DNA of 63,975 bases, the filler included, from Trypethelium eluteriae (Eukaryota), in NCBI GenBank assembly GCA_051942245.1. It is 4 parts of 4 records of this genome, joined end to end, with 100 filler letters (N's around TTAATTAATTAA, not from the genome) between each part and the next. Parts side by side here need not be neighbours in the genome. Positions count along the whole stretch, not along the records: positions 34,189 to 51,169 come from JAVECL010000604.1; positions 51,270 to 63,975 come from JAVECL010000758.1; 2 more parts are not named here. One strand, written 5' to 3'. Within the stretch, counting starts at the first letter, position 1; every line of letters starts with the position of its first letter. The position numbers were made by a program, and so were the translations under genes. Of the stretch, positions 49,320 to 61,157 are shown piece by piece. A model generated the notes under the pieces. It had not been told where the DNA came from and made no database searches. It worked only from the letters and a program-made list of their open reading frames with translations.

Positions 49320-51169
49320 CGTCTATAATGCTCTTTTTCTCTCTATTAATTATTAGTCTTAATCTTACACTCTTACTTTTATTTAAAGATATGTAAGGGG
49401 TTAATATAAGTGTCTAATCACCCTTAATAAAGAATATTCTTTAATATACATGTAATTAGAGTGCTGTAATAAAATAATTATACTGTTATTAATTATTTAA
49501 AAATAAAGAAAAGATAATGTTATAACTTTATTATTAGTTTTTAATAATTTGGTAAGTTTATTTAAAAATTAGGTGATTTTTTCTTAAACAGAAATTCTTT
49601 AAATAAAAAAAAATTAGAGTATAAATCTAAATTTTATAAAGATAAAAGCTTAAATAAAATTCTTTTAAAATATTAGTAATATATATATTTATAATAAACC
49701 ACTGGTGTTTAAAATATTAATTATATTCTTCTTTTTATTATTATTTTGCCCTTTTCTTTTTCTTTTATATAAAAAAGTATATACTTTAAAATAATTATTT
49801 ATATTTTAATAGCTTTTTCTATTTTTTTATAGCTTTTTTATTAAAACAAATCTTTTTATTTTACTCTTTTTATAATTTATTACTTATATTTTTATGTTAA
49901 TTTAATAAATTATTATTGTTATAGTCTGTACTAGAGAACGGCCACGCAGGTCCTTAGAAGAACTTTGGATAACATCGGAGATTCGCCGGAGCGAACCCCG
50001 ACATCGGATCGGAGAAAGAATCCTCCGGGCTTTTGTAGATAGCCTCGCGTGCTCGCACTAATCAAACCTACATAGTGAAATCTTAGTTTATCATCCAATT
50101 CACGTATATTACTGTCTTGATTGCTGCTCTGACAATTATTAATAAAAGTTAATTTTATTATATAAAAATTTAAATAGTTTTAAAAAGAATATTTTTAATA
50201 ATTTTAAAAATAATATAAACTTTATAAATATTAATATAAATTTTAAAGATAAGCAATTTAAAAGAATATTATACAGTTTAATAAAAATTATAAGCTTTTT
50301 AATAATTATTTAAAAAAGCAATTTAATAAGTTTAATAATTTAAACTTTAAAATTGTTAAAACTGTAAACTTTCGGCAGAAGGCACTGAACTAATAGAGTA
50401 GGCTAAGTATTTAGTGCAAGCAATAAAGTAAATATATTGCATAGACGGTTTACTGCTTTCTTCAAAATGCAGCTGAATCTGTATTTATCTATCTGCGTAA
50501 TAGAGGGCTTTAGACGGCCGTAAGTGGGTAAAACCGGATGACATTACTCCCGGCACGCGTAAATATGTGTAACCTGGCGCTATCAGGCGCTAAATAGCGC
50601 AGAAAAGCGCGACCTAAACCGGCGGAGGTTATAAAAATAGGTTTTTATATATATATATTACTAACCTTTAAACATATTATAAATAAAATATAAGCTTTAT
50701 ATATAAAAAATAAAATAAACCTTTATAAATAAGCTTTAAAAAAAATAAGATATTAGCTTTTAAATATATATAAAAAAAGTAAATTATTTAATAAATATAT
50801 AAAATATTATAAAAATAGTATTTATTTTTTTTAAAGTCTAATAATAAATTTATTATTATTTAAATTTAAATTAAAGTATTAAATAACTGTTTTTATTAAA
50901 TTTATTAATAAGAATATTAGATTTTTTTATAATAATTAACTTATATCTGCTGCTTTTATAAATATTAATCTAAGATTTATTTTTCTTTATTTTAAAATTT
51001 AGAGTAATTATTATTATTTAGATTTAACTACCAAATTAGACTAAAAAATATAATTAAAAAGGTAATTTGATTATTAGCAGTTTGAATGTGAAAAGAAAAA
51101 AATTAGGTAAAGTTAATAAATAAAAACAGAACTTTTTTGTATTTTTTAAAGAATTATATAATCCTTTTT
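49320..51169. mobile_element. RIP-degraded AT-rich TE block
   Basis: Very AT-rich, ORF-free sequence with two less-mutated islands (49917-50134 and ~50370-50630). Confidence 0.8.
49917..50134. mobile_element. Solo LTR (218 bp) with 5-bp target-site duplication
   Basis: TGTTA...TGACA termini flanked by ATTAT on both sides (49912-49916 and 50135-50139). Confidence 0.8.
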
Positions 51170-51269
51170 NNNNNNNNNNNNNNNNNNNNNNNNNNNNNNN
51201 NNNNNNNNNNNNNTTAATTAATTAANNNNNNNNNNNNNNNNNNNNNNNNNNNNNNNNNNNNNNNNNNNN
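51170..51269. other. Artificial contig-joining spacer
   Basis: Same 100-nt N/TTAATTAATTAA spacer. Confidence 0.97.
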
Positions 51270-51882
51270 CTGCTGCTATCCCCGCCCCCATGCTCGTGCT
51301 GCCTCCACTCGACATCCTCCGATGGTGTCGCCGCTGCCGCTCCCCATAAACAGCAGGCAGCTCGAGCCGCGAGTTCATACCCATCCACAGCGCCTCCTCG
51401 TCGCCCGAGCCAGCAATGCGCCACCCGCCGACGCCCTCGTAGTCGCGCGTTGGATCGAGTGAGGTCAGGGCGAGGGAGGCGGAGCTCCCGGATTTGGGGC
51501 GGAGGGGTGGTTGGGAGCGGTTGGTGGTGGTGGGTGAGGAGGTTGTTGAGGTGGGAATACTGAGAGCAGTGGTGATGGTGGATGCGTCATGGGATGAAGA
51601 CGGACGAGAAAGACTGGTGCGTCGGCTGGGGAGACTGCGCGACTGCGTTGTGGGGGACGCGGGATGCGGGCCGTGGTGTAGCGTCTCGGAGGGGGAGGCT
51701 GCGTCGACGAAGAGCCAGCTGTGCAGGAGGGCGGCGCCGAGCTCGACGTAGACGATGGAGACGCGGAGGAGGAGGGTGCTGAGGGCGAGGGTGGTGGTGA
51801 AGAGGGCGAATAAGGTGAGGGGGACGGCGAGGATGAAGAAGAGGACTGAGGCGGCGATGTGGAGAGGGTTGACGATGGCCAT
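51270..51882 (-). CDS. Fungal hypothetical membrane protein, 3'-truncated
   Basis: Hydrophobic N-terminus (VPLTLFALFTTTLALSTLLLRVSIVYVEL) and a conserved-looking RDYEGVGGWR...LWMGMNSRLELP block. Runs into the spacer. Confidence 0.75.
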
Positions 51883-52522
51883 GATGAGATTCAATGGTCT
51901 TGAATGTGCTGTGTGAGCTGGCTCATCGATCGACCTTGACCGTGCCATCGATTGACCGCCGGCATCAAGGGAGAGATTGTGCTGAGTAGTAGGAGCCCTG
52001 AAGTTATTGTATTCGGCGAATTTGGCATAGCGATCGTGGCGGCCGTCGGATCTCACATGGGTAAAAGGCCAATCTCATTGTGAATTAGCACCAAGGATGA
52101 GTCTCTTCCGGGAGAAAAGGCTTTTTGAGGAGACCAGTTCGTGCGAGGTGTTGGTGTGGATGCAAATGCGAGGAAGAGTCGAGCGGATCAGATCCTTGGT
52201 TCGGTAATATCGTAACCCCGATGCGGCAAAGCGGTCAAAGCCAAATACAACCACACTCAGTCCATTAATATTCCACATCAAAGAATCATAATTTCGGTCT
52301 ACTATTACCGTGCGGAAGTGTTCAATTTTAGCCCCAGCGTCACGAACGATTTATGGACCCTGTTTATTGGACGACCTTTGCTTTGCTATCTGCATCGCAG
52401 AGGTTCGTTATTGCATTGAACTTGCATCATATGCACTTAATCTACAAAATAGATGCCAATCTAACCCTATATCTCTGTCGATCAACTCACGATGTCCAAA
52501 CTTCCATCAATCTATCAATGCT

Positions 52523-55500
52523 TTACTCTATTTCTCCAAGCTCTTCATCCAACTCCCCATCCATGTTCAGCGGTGCGGCCGAAGGCATCGCCACAAATGC
52601 ATTCCATGCTCCCTCAAACAGCTGCGATCGTTCGGACGACTTCCTCTTTTGTAGCCACCGCTCTTCGGTATCAGGTATCGTCCCGTTCACGGTCGTGAAT
52701 GCGTCAAATGCCTCCTGTTCCGTGAATCCCTCGCCCAGCCCCGCTTGAAAACTCCCCCCGCTGGTATGATTTGCCGTGATTTCGGCGACGAAGCGCTCAA
52801 AGCCACTGCTGTGGCCGGTACTGCGACGTTGGTCTTGGTGCGGGATGCTGGAGGTGCGGCGATCAAAGGCCTGCTGAGATTTCTGGGCCTGATGCTGACT
52901 TAATTGTTGTGGGTTGTAGTAATATTTAGGCAGTTCGCCTGGGAAAGGGAAAGGAGACATGTCAGTGTCTGCGCTTAGTAATACGTGGGAAATAAACTTA
53001 CTTTGTGAGTTAGCGGCCCGTGTCTCGAGGGGCGCCCTTTCGTATTGTGCAGAATCGAGTAGTAGGGGATCAATTGGTCCAGCGGTTTGAGCAGTTTGCT
53101 TTGGGTTTGGAGCACTGGAAGTGTTGGGAATGGCTGTGAGCTCTGGGTTCGAGTCGCGGAAATTGCGAGAGAAAGAAGCAAAGCTCGGATTGTTGAAAAG
53201 CTTATTCATGTCGAAGTCGCTGTTGAAGTCGAAGCCCATCGGGGCGTTCCAGGGTTCGACGCCGTCGGTTGCTGAAGCCGCAACAGTGCCCTCGTAACCA
53301 TTCAAGGGCAGGGCAGACGGGTCGTTCGACAGGAACTCGGGATTTGGATACCAGTAGTCCTGATGAATTGGATTAATCCCGGGGTATGGGTCAGGTCCGC
53401 TCATATTTGCGATAGGAGCATGATTGCGCACGGGCGGTCCTGAGTAGAGAATGTCAGAGGCCAGTAGGTCGTCTTTCTGTGTTGAAAATGCTCTTGCTGC
53501 TCTGTTTGAGGATCTGCCGATAGTCTTCGAAGAATCAGAAGACATCGTAGGTGACCTACTAATGTTTTCAATACGCCTTCTTTGGACTCTCCTACTCTCT
53601 CTGTCACGCTGGATTTTGTCCAGTTCGGACCGGGACATGCGCCGTCTGACTTCCCTCCCCTTATGTCCGCACTCGCCCTTGTACCTGTTGAATGCTTGAT
53701 GGACACGCTCAACCGTCAAATTGTTTGCCTTAGCTTTGCGGGCGACAATGCCGTCCTCCTTTCTGGCAAAGTTTTCGATAGCCATCTGCTTGCGTTTCCT
53801 GACAGCGGCCTCAGCTTTCTTGACCAAGTCGGAATCAGTGTCAGCCCTCCACTGATGTCTAAGGTAGGCCTCATTCTCATCTCCCCAGATCTGCACAATG
53901 TCCCGGTGCGAGAGCTCTGCGTGGACGTATAGGAATGTGTCGCCGAAGAGCAAATGGGGAAAGTCTCGAACAAGATCTCTACGATCATAATCTTCAGGAA
54001 TCCGAGCATCAATCGTGAGTGAGAGGTTTGTGCCGCCAGCGTGCCATTCTTGCGCATTCTCGCGGACATACCTGATGCCCAGCCCGATCGGATATTCTGT
54101 ATCAAGGTCAGGACTGTCGAGCAATGGGTGAGGCTCTCCTGGTCGCAATGGCATAGGCCCGGGAACATCAGCATACGGGCGAGCAATGCCATGGCGATCG
54201 CAGTATGCATTATACAGTCGTTGGCTAAATGGCCGACCACGAACTTCTGAAGGAACGCGGATTTCTTTCTGCTCTGGTGGAATGAAGAACTCCCACAACT
54301 CGGCTGGGTCGGTATCCCAACCATCAGGCGGCTGCAAAAGGTACATACTTAGAGAGTCTGCCACTAGTGATTCATAATTGGCTCGTGTAGTAAATGAGTA
54401 TTGGTCGTAGCCCGGAAGTTTCTTGATAGCCCGTGATAGCTTTGAGCCCACTGTATTGAGTTTGACCGTAAACTGGTCCTCCTCTTTCATTTTCGCCACG
54501 AGGTTATTGAAGAGAAATTTGGCTACATGTGCTTGATCCCATCCTTTCGACTCGACAAGGAGGGCAAGTCCGGGCCAATTTAGGACATGATTGGGAAACC
54601 AGAGCAGGAGCTCCTCAATTGTGATGTCGGCCATGTACTCCCACGGCGGTTGCATCTGAGCACGCGGTGATCGGCGAATGTAGTTGATGTCAGCACCCGT
54701 TACGAAGGACTTCAGAGTCTCTTCATCAGCATCCGAGAAGAGATCAGGCGATGATGATACAGCCTCTAATCTACCCGAAGAGCCTTGAAGAGCCTGCTTC
54801 TGTTTGATTATGGATCTTCCAACTACTTTTGGACGTGGAGGATGTGAGTCGACCCAGTTGTTCTGATGGCTTCGCGTGAATCGTGAAACAGGCTCAGAGT
54901 CGTTCTCCTCGGCTGGAGAGATTCGAGCCTTTTTACTTGGTTGGGGCTCATCTGTGAATGAGCGTTGGCGCTTGTGACTGATCTCTGGTCTCGTTTGGAA
55001 GGATTGCGGAGTAGGTCCAGTGATTTGCTGACTCTCAGTAACGCTATCCAATGATGAAGGGCGCGAATCGTCCGGAGCGATAGCCTCCCATCCAAGACCA
55101 TTATCACGTGTTAGGCCGTTCTTATATAGCCATACGGTGCGTGTTCTTGAAATCTTACGGGTAGCCTCATCTGCTAAAGGATCGAAAACCGTGATATCAA
55201 AGTTGAGTCCGTCCCCGCGTGGTTGGCATAAGCCCAATCGAAAATTGGTCGAATAGGTGCGAGACATGAGGTACAATACTACCCGAATAGTATTCAGGGA
55301 AAGGAAGCCTCCGCGTTTACGGTCTTCCCTAGGTTCACCGAGTGAAACGTCTCCGGTCGATAAATTGAAAAACTTTCGCGCCGCAGGCTTGTATTCTCGA
55401 TTCGTGAGAAAAGCATCCAGTAAAGCTCCTTTGCTGGGAGCAGCCAGTCCAAGCTCTGTACAAACAGGCCTCAAACTGATCTCAAGAGCAATGATAGCGC

Positions 55501-55738
55501 ACAATTTGTCAGTGAAGTCAATGGCTTGACGTTGATATTGGTTTTGGACGCAAGCACGCAAATCGATGAGATCCACCTTCTTGCCATGAACGAGGACGCT
55601 CAAGCCTTGACCGTCCTGGGTTTTGATGAAATTCTGGAGTTGAGCACAACCATTTTCGCTTGCTTCCCGTGAATTGGATTGGTAGATTCGAGAGCCAGGG
55701 GGCGCTGCCACCTGACTCCTAGTTCGTGGACCTAGCAT
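52523..55738 (-). CDS. Large intronless hypothetical protein (1071 aa)
   Basis: Uninterrupted 3.2-kb ORF with no recognised family. Confidence 0.85.
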   Translation of the reverse strand: MLGPRTRSQVAAPPGSRIYQSNSREASENGCAQLQNFIKTQDGQGLSVLVHGKKVDLIDLRACVQNQYQRQAIDFTDKLCAIIALEISLRPVCTELGLAAPSKGALLDAFLTNREYKPAARKFFNLSTGDVSLGEPREDRKRGGFLSLNTIRVVLYLMSRTYSTNFRLGLCQPRGDGLNFDITVFDPLADEATRKISRTRTVWLYKNGLTRDNGLGWEAIAPDDSRPSSLDSVTESQQITGPTPQSFQTRPEISHKRQRSFTDEPQPSKKARISPAEENDSEPVSRFTRSHQNNWVDSHPPRPKVVGRSIIKQKQALQGSSGRLEAVSSSPDLFSDADEETLKSFVTGADINYIRRSPRAQMQPPWEYMADITIEELLLWFPNHVLNWPGLALLVESKGWDQAHVAKFLFNNLVAKMKEEDQFTVKLNTVGSKLSRAIKKLPGYDQYSFTTRANYESLVADSLSMYLLQPPDGWDTDPAELWEFFIPPEQKEIRVPSEVRGRPFSQRLYNAYCDRHGIARPYADVPGPMPLRPGEPHPLLDSPDLDTEYPIGLGIRYVRENAQEWHAGGTNLSLTIDARIPEDYDRRDLVRDFPHLLFGDTFLYVHAELSHRDIVQIWGDENEAYLRHQWRADTDSDLVKKAEAAVRKRKQMAIENFARKEDGIVARKAKANNLTVERVHQAFNRYKGECGHKGREVRRRMSRSELDKIQRDRESRRVQRRRIENISRSPTMSSDSSKTIGRSSNRAARAFSTQKDDLLASDILYSGPPVRNHAPIANMSGPDPYPGINPIHQDYWYPNPEFLSNDPSALPLNGYEGTVAASATDGVEPWNAPMGFDFNSDFDMNKLFNNPSFASFSRNFRDSNPELTAIPNTSSAPNPKQTAQTAGPIDPLLLDSAQYERAPLETRAANSQSKFISHVLLSADTDMSPFPFPGELPKYYYNPQQLSQHQAQKSQQAFDRRTSSIPHQDQRRSTGHSSGFERFVAEITANHTSGGSFQAGLGEGFTEQEAFDAFTTVNGTIPDTEERWLQKRKSSERSQLFEGAWNAFVAMPSAAPLNMDGELDEELGEIE

Positions 55739-56548
55739 TTTTGTGATTCAAGATGTACGATATTTGTAAGTATCAGGCTTCCAATCAATGTCCTGCAATG
55801 ATTTGGGGGACAGAAGCCTGTTTCAAATGCAAAAACAAGCGGGTGTGAAGGGGACAAGGTTAGACGCGAAAAGGTGAGTAGAAGATGCTGAAATGAAATT
55901 AGATGTGTTTTGAGGAAGAAATAGTGTGATCTGGGAACAAGCAATACTTATGATCAATCTCACAGAACGCTACACAACACATGGTCACATTGTTGCTATG
56001 GATCACAAAGGATCAAGGACGATACTTGCTGGTGATTGGTAGCCAGTTTCTTTATGCTGATCTCACGGCTAATAGACGTAATAAACACTACAAAGGCATC
56101 TCACCTACGCCACCAAAAGGACGATAGAAAGTATCGTGTTCGAGTACAAAGGCCGGTTTTGAGATGCGCCTCGAAGAGAATGAAAGGGGGGCACCAGCAC
56201 ACTTACTGATCGTTACGGTATCGTGTAAATTCGCGGTGCTGTCTCGCTTCGATGGCCGTAAATCGATGACCTAGGAGGTAGATGTTCTAAGTAGCTAATC
56301 GATATATCTTCTATTAGAAGGCCTTGAGGTCGGGAATGCATGGTTCGAGACCAATGCCGCTTAGATGCCAGTTTGAAGGACACGCTGTTGCTTCTTTCTA
56401 TTGGGATAGACTACTTGTTTAGATTCGTAGACATTAGATCCCGTAGCTTTAGCTTCGGGAAATTAGCGCCGTCCAAACTTATGAGGCGCTTTGGGGTGGA
56501 TCATGACATCTTGCACAAGATCCACATTCATTCCAAGGAGATGAGAAT

Positions 56549-57727
56549 CTACACGGGGTCGCCAAAGATGAATCGCTGCCAGTTTTTGCCCAGCTGGATG
56601 ACACCATCGCGAAGAGGCCATTTCTTTATGTCGCATACTTTTCGTATGATCGATTCGAGGTGGTCATCCATTCTTTCTCCTGCAGTGTGGAGATCACTTT
56701 CGATCAAAATATTCTCGTCGGGCACCATCCGTATAGTCTCTTCAGTTTTGGGACTGCTGCCCGAGAAGTTTATAGCAGTCGAGAATGAGAAGAAGATGGT
56801 TGCCGGAATGGCGGGATTCAGCCACTGCTTGATGGTTTCGGCAGGGCCTGAGAAAGAATGCAAGCATATGCGTGGTGGATATGCTGCTGGCTTAGATGCA
56901 GGTCTCTCGCTTTGTTCACTTCCTTCATCCGCATGGGCATTTTGAACGCTTTCTCGCCTTTTGCGGAGTCGTTTGCTCACCACTTCTCGCTCATGTCCTT
57001 TCCAGGTGGCTGAGACCGTATCAAATAGCACTCCATGTGCTTGAACGCCATGTATTGAGACAGCTCTTCCCATCTCCCCTGCCAAATGCAGCTGCGCTGT
57101 GAGCACTTTCCGCTGATGATCCATGTGCACTCGATAAGGGGACAGCCGGCGACCTTCCCTGCCTCCAGGCGTCAAGCTGTCATCTCGCCGCTCATTATGT
57201 TCTGGTAACCATGCTTCAGGTATGCGAAAAGATTTGTCGAGCCCAACTTCGCCAATCAATGCCAAAGGGTACTTCTCGAGGTAAGTCTTGGTTTGCGCAA
57301 GGAAGTGAGAGAAAGGTCGAGGATCAGGGAGGGCAGAGAGAAAATCTATGTCCTCGGACTGGGGTGTTAGCACTGATTGATAGTGGGCAATCTTGTAGTC
57401 TTGGTCGAGTTTATTTTTCCCATTGTAAGCAGTATCATCGTACATCTGATGCGAGAACCATGGATGCCAGCCGAAACAAGGCACAATTCTTTGTTCTTCG
57501 CTCCAATCAGAACCTGTCTTTGATCTATCAGTCTCATGAACTCCTAACTTATCTGCTGCCTCAGCTACTAGATGCTGATCTTGAGCGCGCGTGGCCATCA
57601 CGGTAAGAACTTTAGCTCGCATGCCGGGGATAACTGGGATTGTGGACATGGTATCTGTCGGATGGCAATGCGCATCAAAAATCCCCAAATGCCACGGAAG
57701 GGCATCGCCGTCTGTTGCTTCTGGCAT
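56549..57727 (-). CDS. TatD-family metallo-hydrolase/DNase (Scn1-like)
   Basis: FDAHCHP, FGWHPW, IGEVGLDK, SIHGVQAHG, LHSFSG and LIESD motifs. Confidence 0.92.
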   Translation of the reverse strand: MPEATDGDALPWHLGIFDAHCHPTDTMSTIPVIPGMRAKVLTVMATRAQDQHLVAEAADKLGVHETDRSKTGSDWSEEQRIVPCFGWHPWFSHQMYDDTAYNGKNKLDQDYKIAHYQSVLTPQSEDIDFLSALPDPRPFSHFLAQTKTYLEKYPLALIGEVGLDKSFRIPEAWLPEHNERRDDSLTPGGREGRRLSPYRVHMDHQRKVLTAQLHLAGEMGRAVSIHGVQAHGVLFDTVSATWKGHEREVVSKRLRKRRESVQNAHADEGSEQSERPASKPAAYPPRICLHSFSGPAETIKQWLNPAIPATIFFSFSTAINFSGSSPKTEETIRMVPDENILIESDLHTAGERMDDHLESIIRKVCDIKKWPLRDGVIQLGKNWQRFIFGDPV

Positions 57728-59376
57728 GGCTAAGGGAATGATTTTCGATGTGCGATGTGTTCAAGCCGAGAAAATATTTGCTGTGATTGTCGTTGATCGT
57801 GCATGTCGGCGCTGCAGGATTTGAGGCGACTGTGATAGTACCGCACTCAATCTTACTCTAACCTCTCAAACTTTCGAGAGTCCCACACGTCCCTCAACAA
57901 TTTCTTCCATACGTTCAAGGAGAGAAGCCAATTCTGTACAAATGAGTTGACTGGCATACTATAAACGCTGTTTAGGAAGACGGCCGCCTTTCTGTCAGCT
58001 TCAAGCGAATCAAGGGTGAGTCATCTTGCTTGCAATGGCTCATGCATCTAGTGTTGCGTGCACCGCAATCTCAAATCGTCAATGCAATTCGACAGCGCAA
58101 AAGAAGCGGAGGCGATAAAAAGAGCAGTCTCTGAACAAACTATACTACAGGCCATTTTAATCCTATTCTACGAAGTTCGTCGTATGGCACCGAGACAAAA
58201 TAGATTTGATCTATGCACTTGCTTTGCTTTATCACCGCATCTACGATAGACTTTTGTGGCACCATCAAGTAAACTCAAAGTATCATGGCACCTCCTTGCG
58301 ACCTGGCACGAATCCCGCGAGCACCACTTATTTCAGTCTACTCTAGCTGACTTAGCTGCCTGCCTTTCAATCATCCGCTGCACGCTCGCACTCGGAGATG
58401 CAAGACGTGTGAAGGTTGGTGATCTACCTAATTATTCCCTGACTTTGTACGTTTGTTTGCCCTTCGCGTTTCTTGCCCGTTTTGTATCAGCACGAAGAAT
58501 TATCCTGTTCCTTGCTCATTTCTTAATCAAGTTGCTCGACCTCATCATCCTATAGCTACTCATACTGATAGCCTAATCATCAATGTCTGATTCTTCAAGG
58601 CCTACACGCAGTTTTGTCTATGACCCTCTATTACGAAAGCGATGTTGGCATTTCGGCCTACAAGCTCTCGTTCACTTGACGATGCCCTGGATATAAACAA
58701 CGCAGACGACGCAGTTCATCATACAGTACTGGGCATTGATATTTCGTGAGAAGAGAACTGACACGTATTCGTCGTCTCACTGAATTCCTTGCCCAACGAG
58801 AGACATTTTCCACCGCTTTTTGATCCTCTGCTCTCGTAAAGGAAAGTCTGCACACTAGCATGGATGGAAACTTGCTAGTCCTGGCTGAGGCCTACCTCAC
58901 AGAAGCGTCATTGCTGGGGGGGATCCGTAGGAAGAATATAGTGACTCTCCCTTTGTTGATATCGAATCCAACTCGTTGACAGTATCGACTGACTCGATTT
59001 CCAATCATTCTGCACTCGAATACAACTTTCAATCCGACAAGGGAAATCAATAGTGTTTGTTCACTCGTGGTCCATCCTGTCCAGCACATAAGACAATTGC
59101 TGAATTTTCTCCAAGACTTCTCTTGTTGGCCCAGATGGGCATCGTTCGGAACGTAAACTTCCACTTGTACATACCACTTCATTATGGTATTATGGTCGAG
59201 TGTCTCTGCTACCTGCGCCTTCTCAATTTACTACAGCTTTCTAACTCGCCTGCACCTTCTCACTTTATCTATCCCCCCGCGAACTCACCTATACCTTCTT
59301 TAAGCGATCTTCTCCTGTCTAGTTCACCTGTATCTCGTCATTTTAAGCCCGCTTACTACAATCAATCCATACTTAC

Positions 59377-60669
59377 ATGCCTACAATGCTTGCCACTGGT
59401 AGCCAGAGCCACAGCGATGCGGCTCACTCATCTGAACAAGTCCAGGATCTGGCCTTCAACCTCATGGGATGGGCCGCTCAAATTCCTGGCGGCATGTTCG
59501 CCAACCATCAGAGACAAGTCATCAGAGTTCTAGCACGCTTCGCGAATAGAACTCCATTTCGCGAAGAGTTACAGGAGTGCCAGTCATCAAATGAGATTGC
59601 CATACGACCCTCACTTGAGCTTACTGGACCAGAGGTGGACGGACTTGGCTCTGATACAACTGGGGTGGAAATACGCAGATACATCGTTGTCGGCTTCGTA
59701 CCGCAAAATCTACCAGGCAAATGCAACCGGCAGCACCCACTCCAAATAACGCCAAGGCAGGATCTCGTGGGTGTCGTGGGATCAGATGCCGCTGATATAC
59801 GCGTGGACTCACCAGGCAACCCTCCATTGGTTGCGGTCATCAAAGAGGGACCGCTGACGGATGGAGTGCGACTACAGTACCACGTGTTATTGACCCCTCG
59901 TGGGGGACTATGTACACCATTCCGAGCCTCAAAGTATGAGATCTTTTACCTACCCAGGTTTCGTGACGGCCCCATAGATTACAAACGCAATCGCAGGTGG
60001 GATCTTAAAGAAAAGGACCTTGCCCTTGCTACTGAGGACAGAGTGAACGAAATAGATACCGAAAGGAACAAGAGTCACTCTGGGGGAAACCAGCTTCTTG
60101 GGAGTGGTCCAACGTATGAGAACTTCGAGGAGTTTAAGCGCGCTCTGGAAAACGAGCCTTTGGGGGGCAATTCAACGTATGAGGACTTCGACGAGTTTAA
60201 GCACTCTTTGGAAAACGAGCCTTTTGGGTATGGTTCAACGTATGAGGACTCCCAGTTCTCTATGGAATATGCAAAAGAGGGACCAGAGACCCCTACCTCT
60301 CCAGAGGTTGAGGCCATTCGTACCTTTATGATCCGTTTCGATGACGCGGTATGGAACGAAGTCCAGCAAATGCAATTGGTAATCGGAAGGCAATGGCCGG
60401 AGCTTCGCGATATTACTACAGAGACTATCCTGACGCTCAAACAAGGTCTTCTGGAGAATCCAACCTTGTACCTTTTTCAACATGATGTTCACAACTTCCT
60501 TGGTGAAGGTCATCGCCACATCAACTCGACATCGTCTTCTCTCGAGCGTAGAAAATCACCTCAACAACTTGTGTTCGAACTTATAATGTATGGGACTCCT
60601 CTTACGTCTTCTCAAATGAACAGCGTCGATGTCGGACATGGGGAAGCGAGCTTTTCTGGACTTTTCTGA
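59377..60669 (+). CDS. Orphan hypothetical protein with internal 21-aa repeat
   Basis: 430-aa single ORF; 63-bp repeat units at ~60110-60250. Confidence 0.65.
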   Translation: MPTMLATGSQSHSDAAHSSEQVQDLAFNLMGWAAQIPGGMFANHQRQVIRVLARFANRTPFREELQECQSSNEIAIRPSLELTGPEVDGLGSDTTGVEIRRYIVVGFVPQNLPGKCNRQHPLQITPRQDLVGVVGSDAADIRVDSPGNPPLVAVIKEGPLTDGVRLQYHVLLTPRGGLCTPFRASKYEIFYLPRFRDGPIDYKRNRRWDLKEKDLALATEDRVNEIDTERNKSHSGGNQLLGSGPTYENFEEFKRALENEPLGGNSTYEDFDEFKHSLENEPFGYGSTYEDSQFSMEYAKEGPETPTSPEVEAIRTFMIRFDDAVWNEVQQMQLVIGRQWPELRDITTETILTLKQGLLENPTLYLFQHDVHNFLGEGHRHINSTSSSLERRKSPQQLVFELIMYGTPLTSSQMNSVDVGHGEASFSGLF

Positions 60670-61157
60670 ACAACTACAGGCAAAAGTCGATAAGACGGAA
60701 GGCATTGGCAGAGAACAATGCGCCCCTTCGGAGAAAGAGGTATCTGGGTATTGCGCTCGGAGGCGGAGAATGAACAGCGACTTTTTGGGTAATGAGAGCA
60801 TTCATAGCATGTCTAAGACTACTCCACCTCGTTTAGCTATTGTTTCGCTTTTGAAGACAGAAGTTTGAATACAATGACAGTGAATACTGTTGTTTATACG
60901 AGTATTCAGGCACCAAAATGAGAGCATGGGACGAAGATGCTGTCCCAATTACATATTAGAAAGGAATAAGGCAAATTTGTCCAGCACCCGCCGCCCTGCA
61001 TTTTCTCGACTCCTCCACCCGAGCTTCCTTGTATTACTGTGAAAGCTCTTTCAGCCGAATTGAACCGTGTTCAGACGTCAAATTCGTGGACCTCACGTCT
61101 GTCATCATTCCCCGTGTTCCATTCGCTCGGTATTGTCTCTCTACTTTTGAAAGCTCA

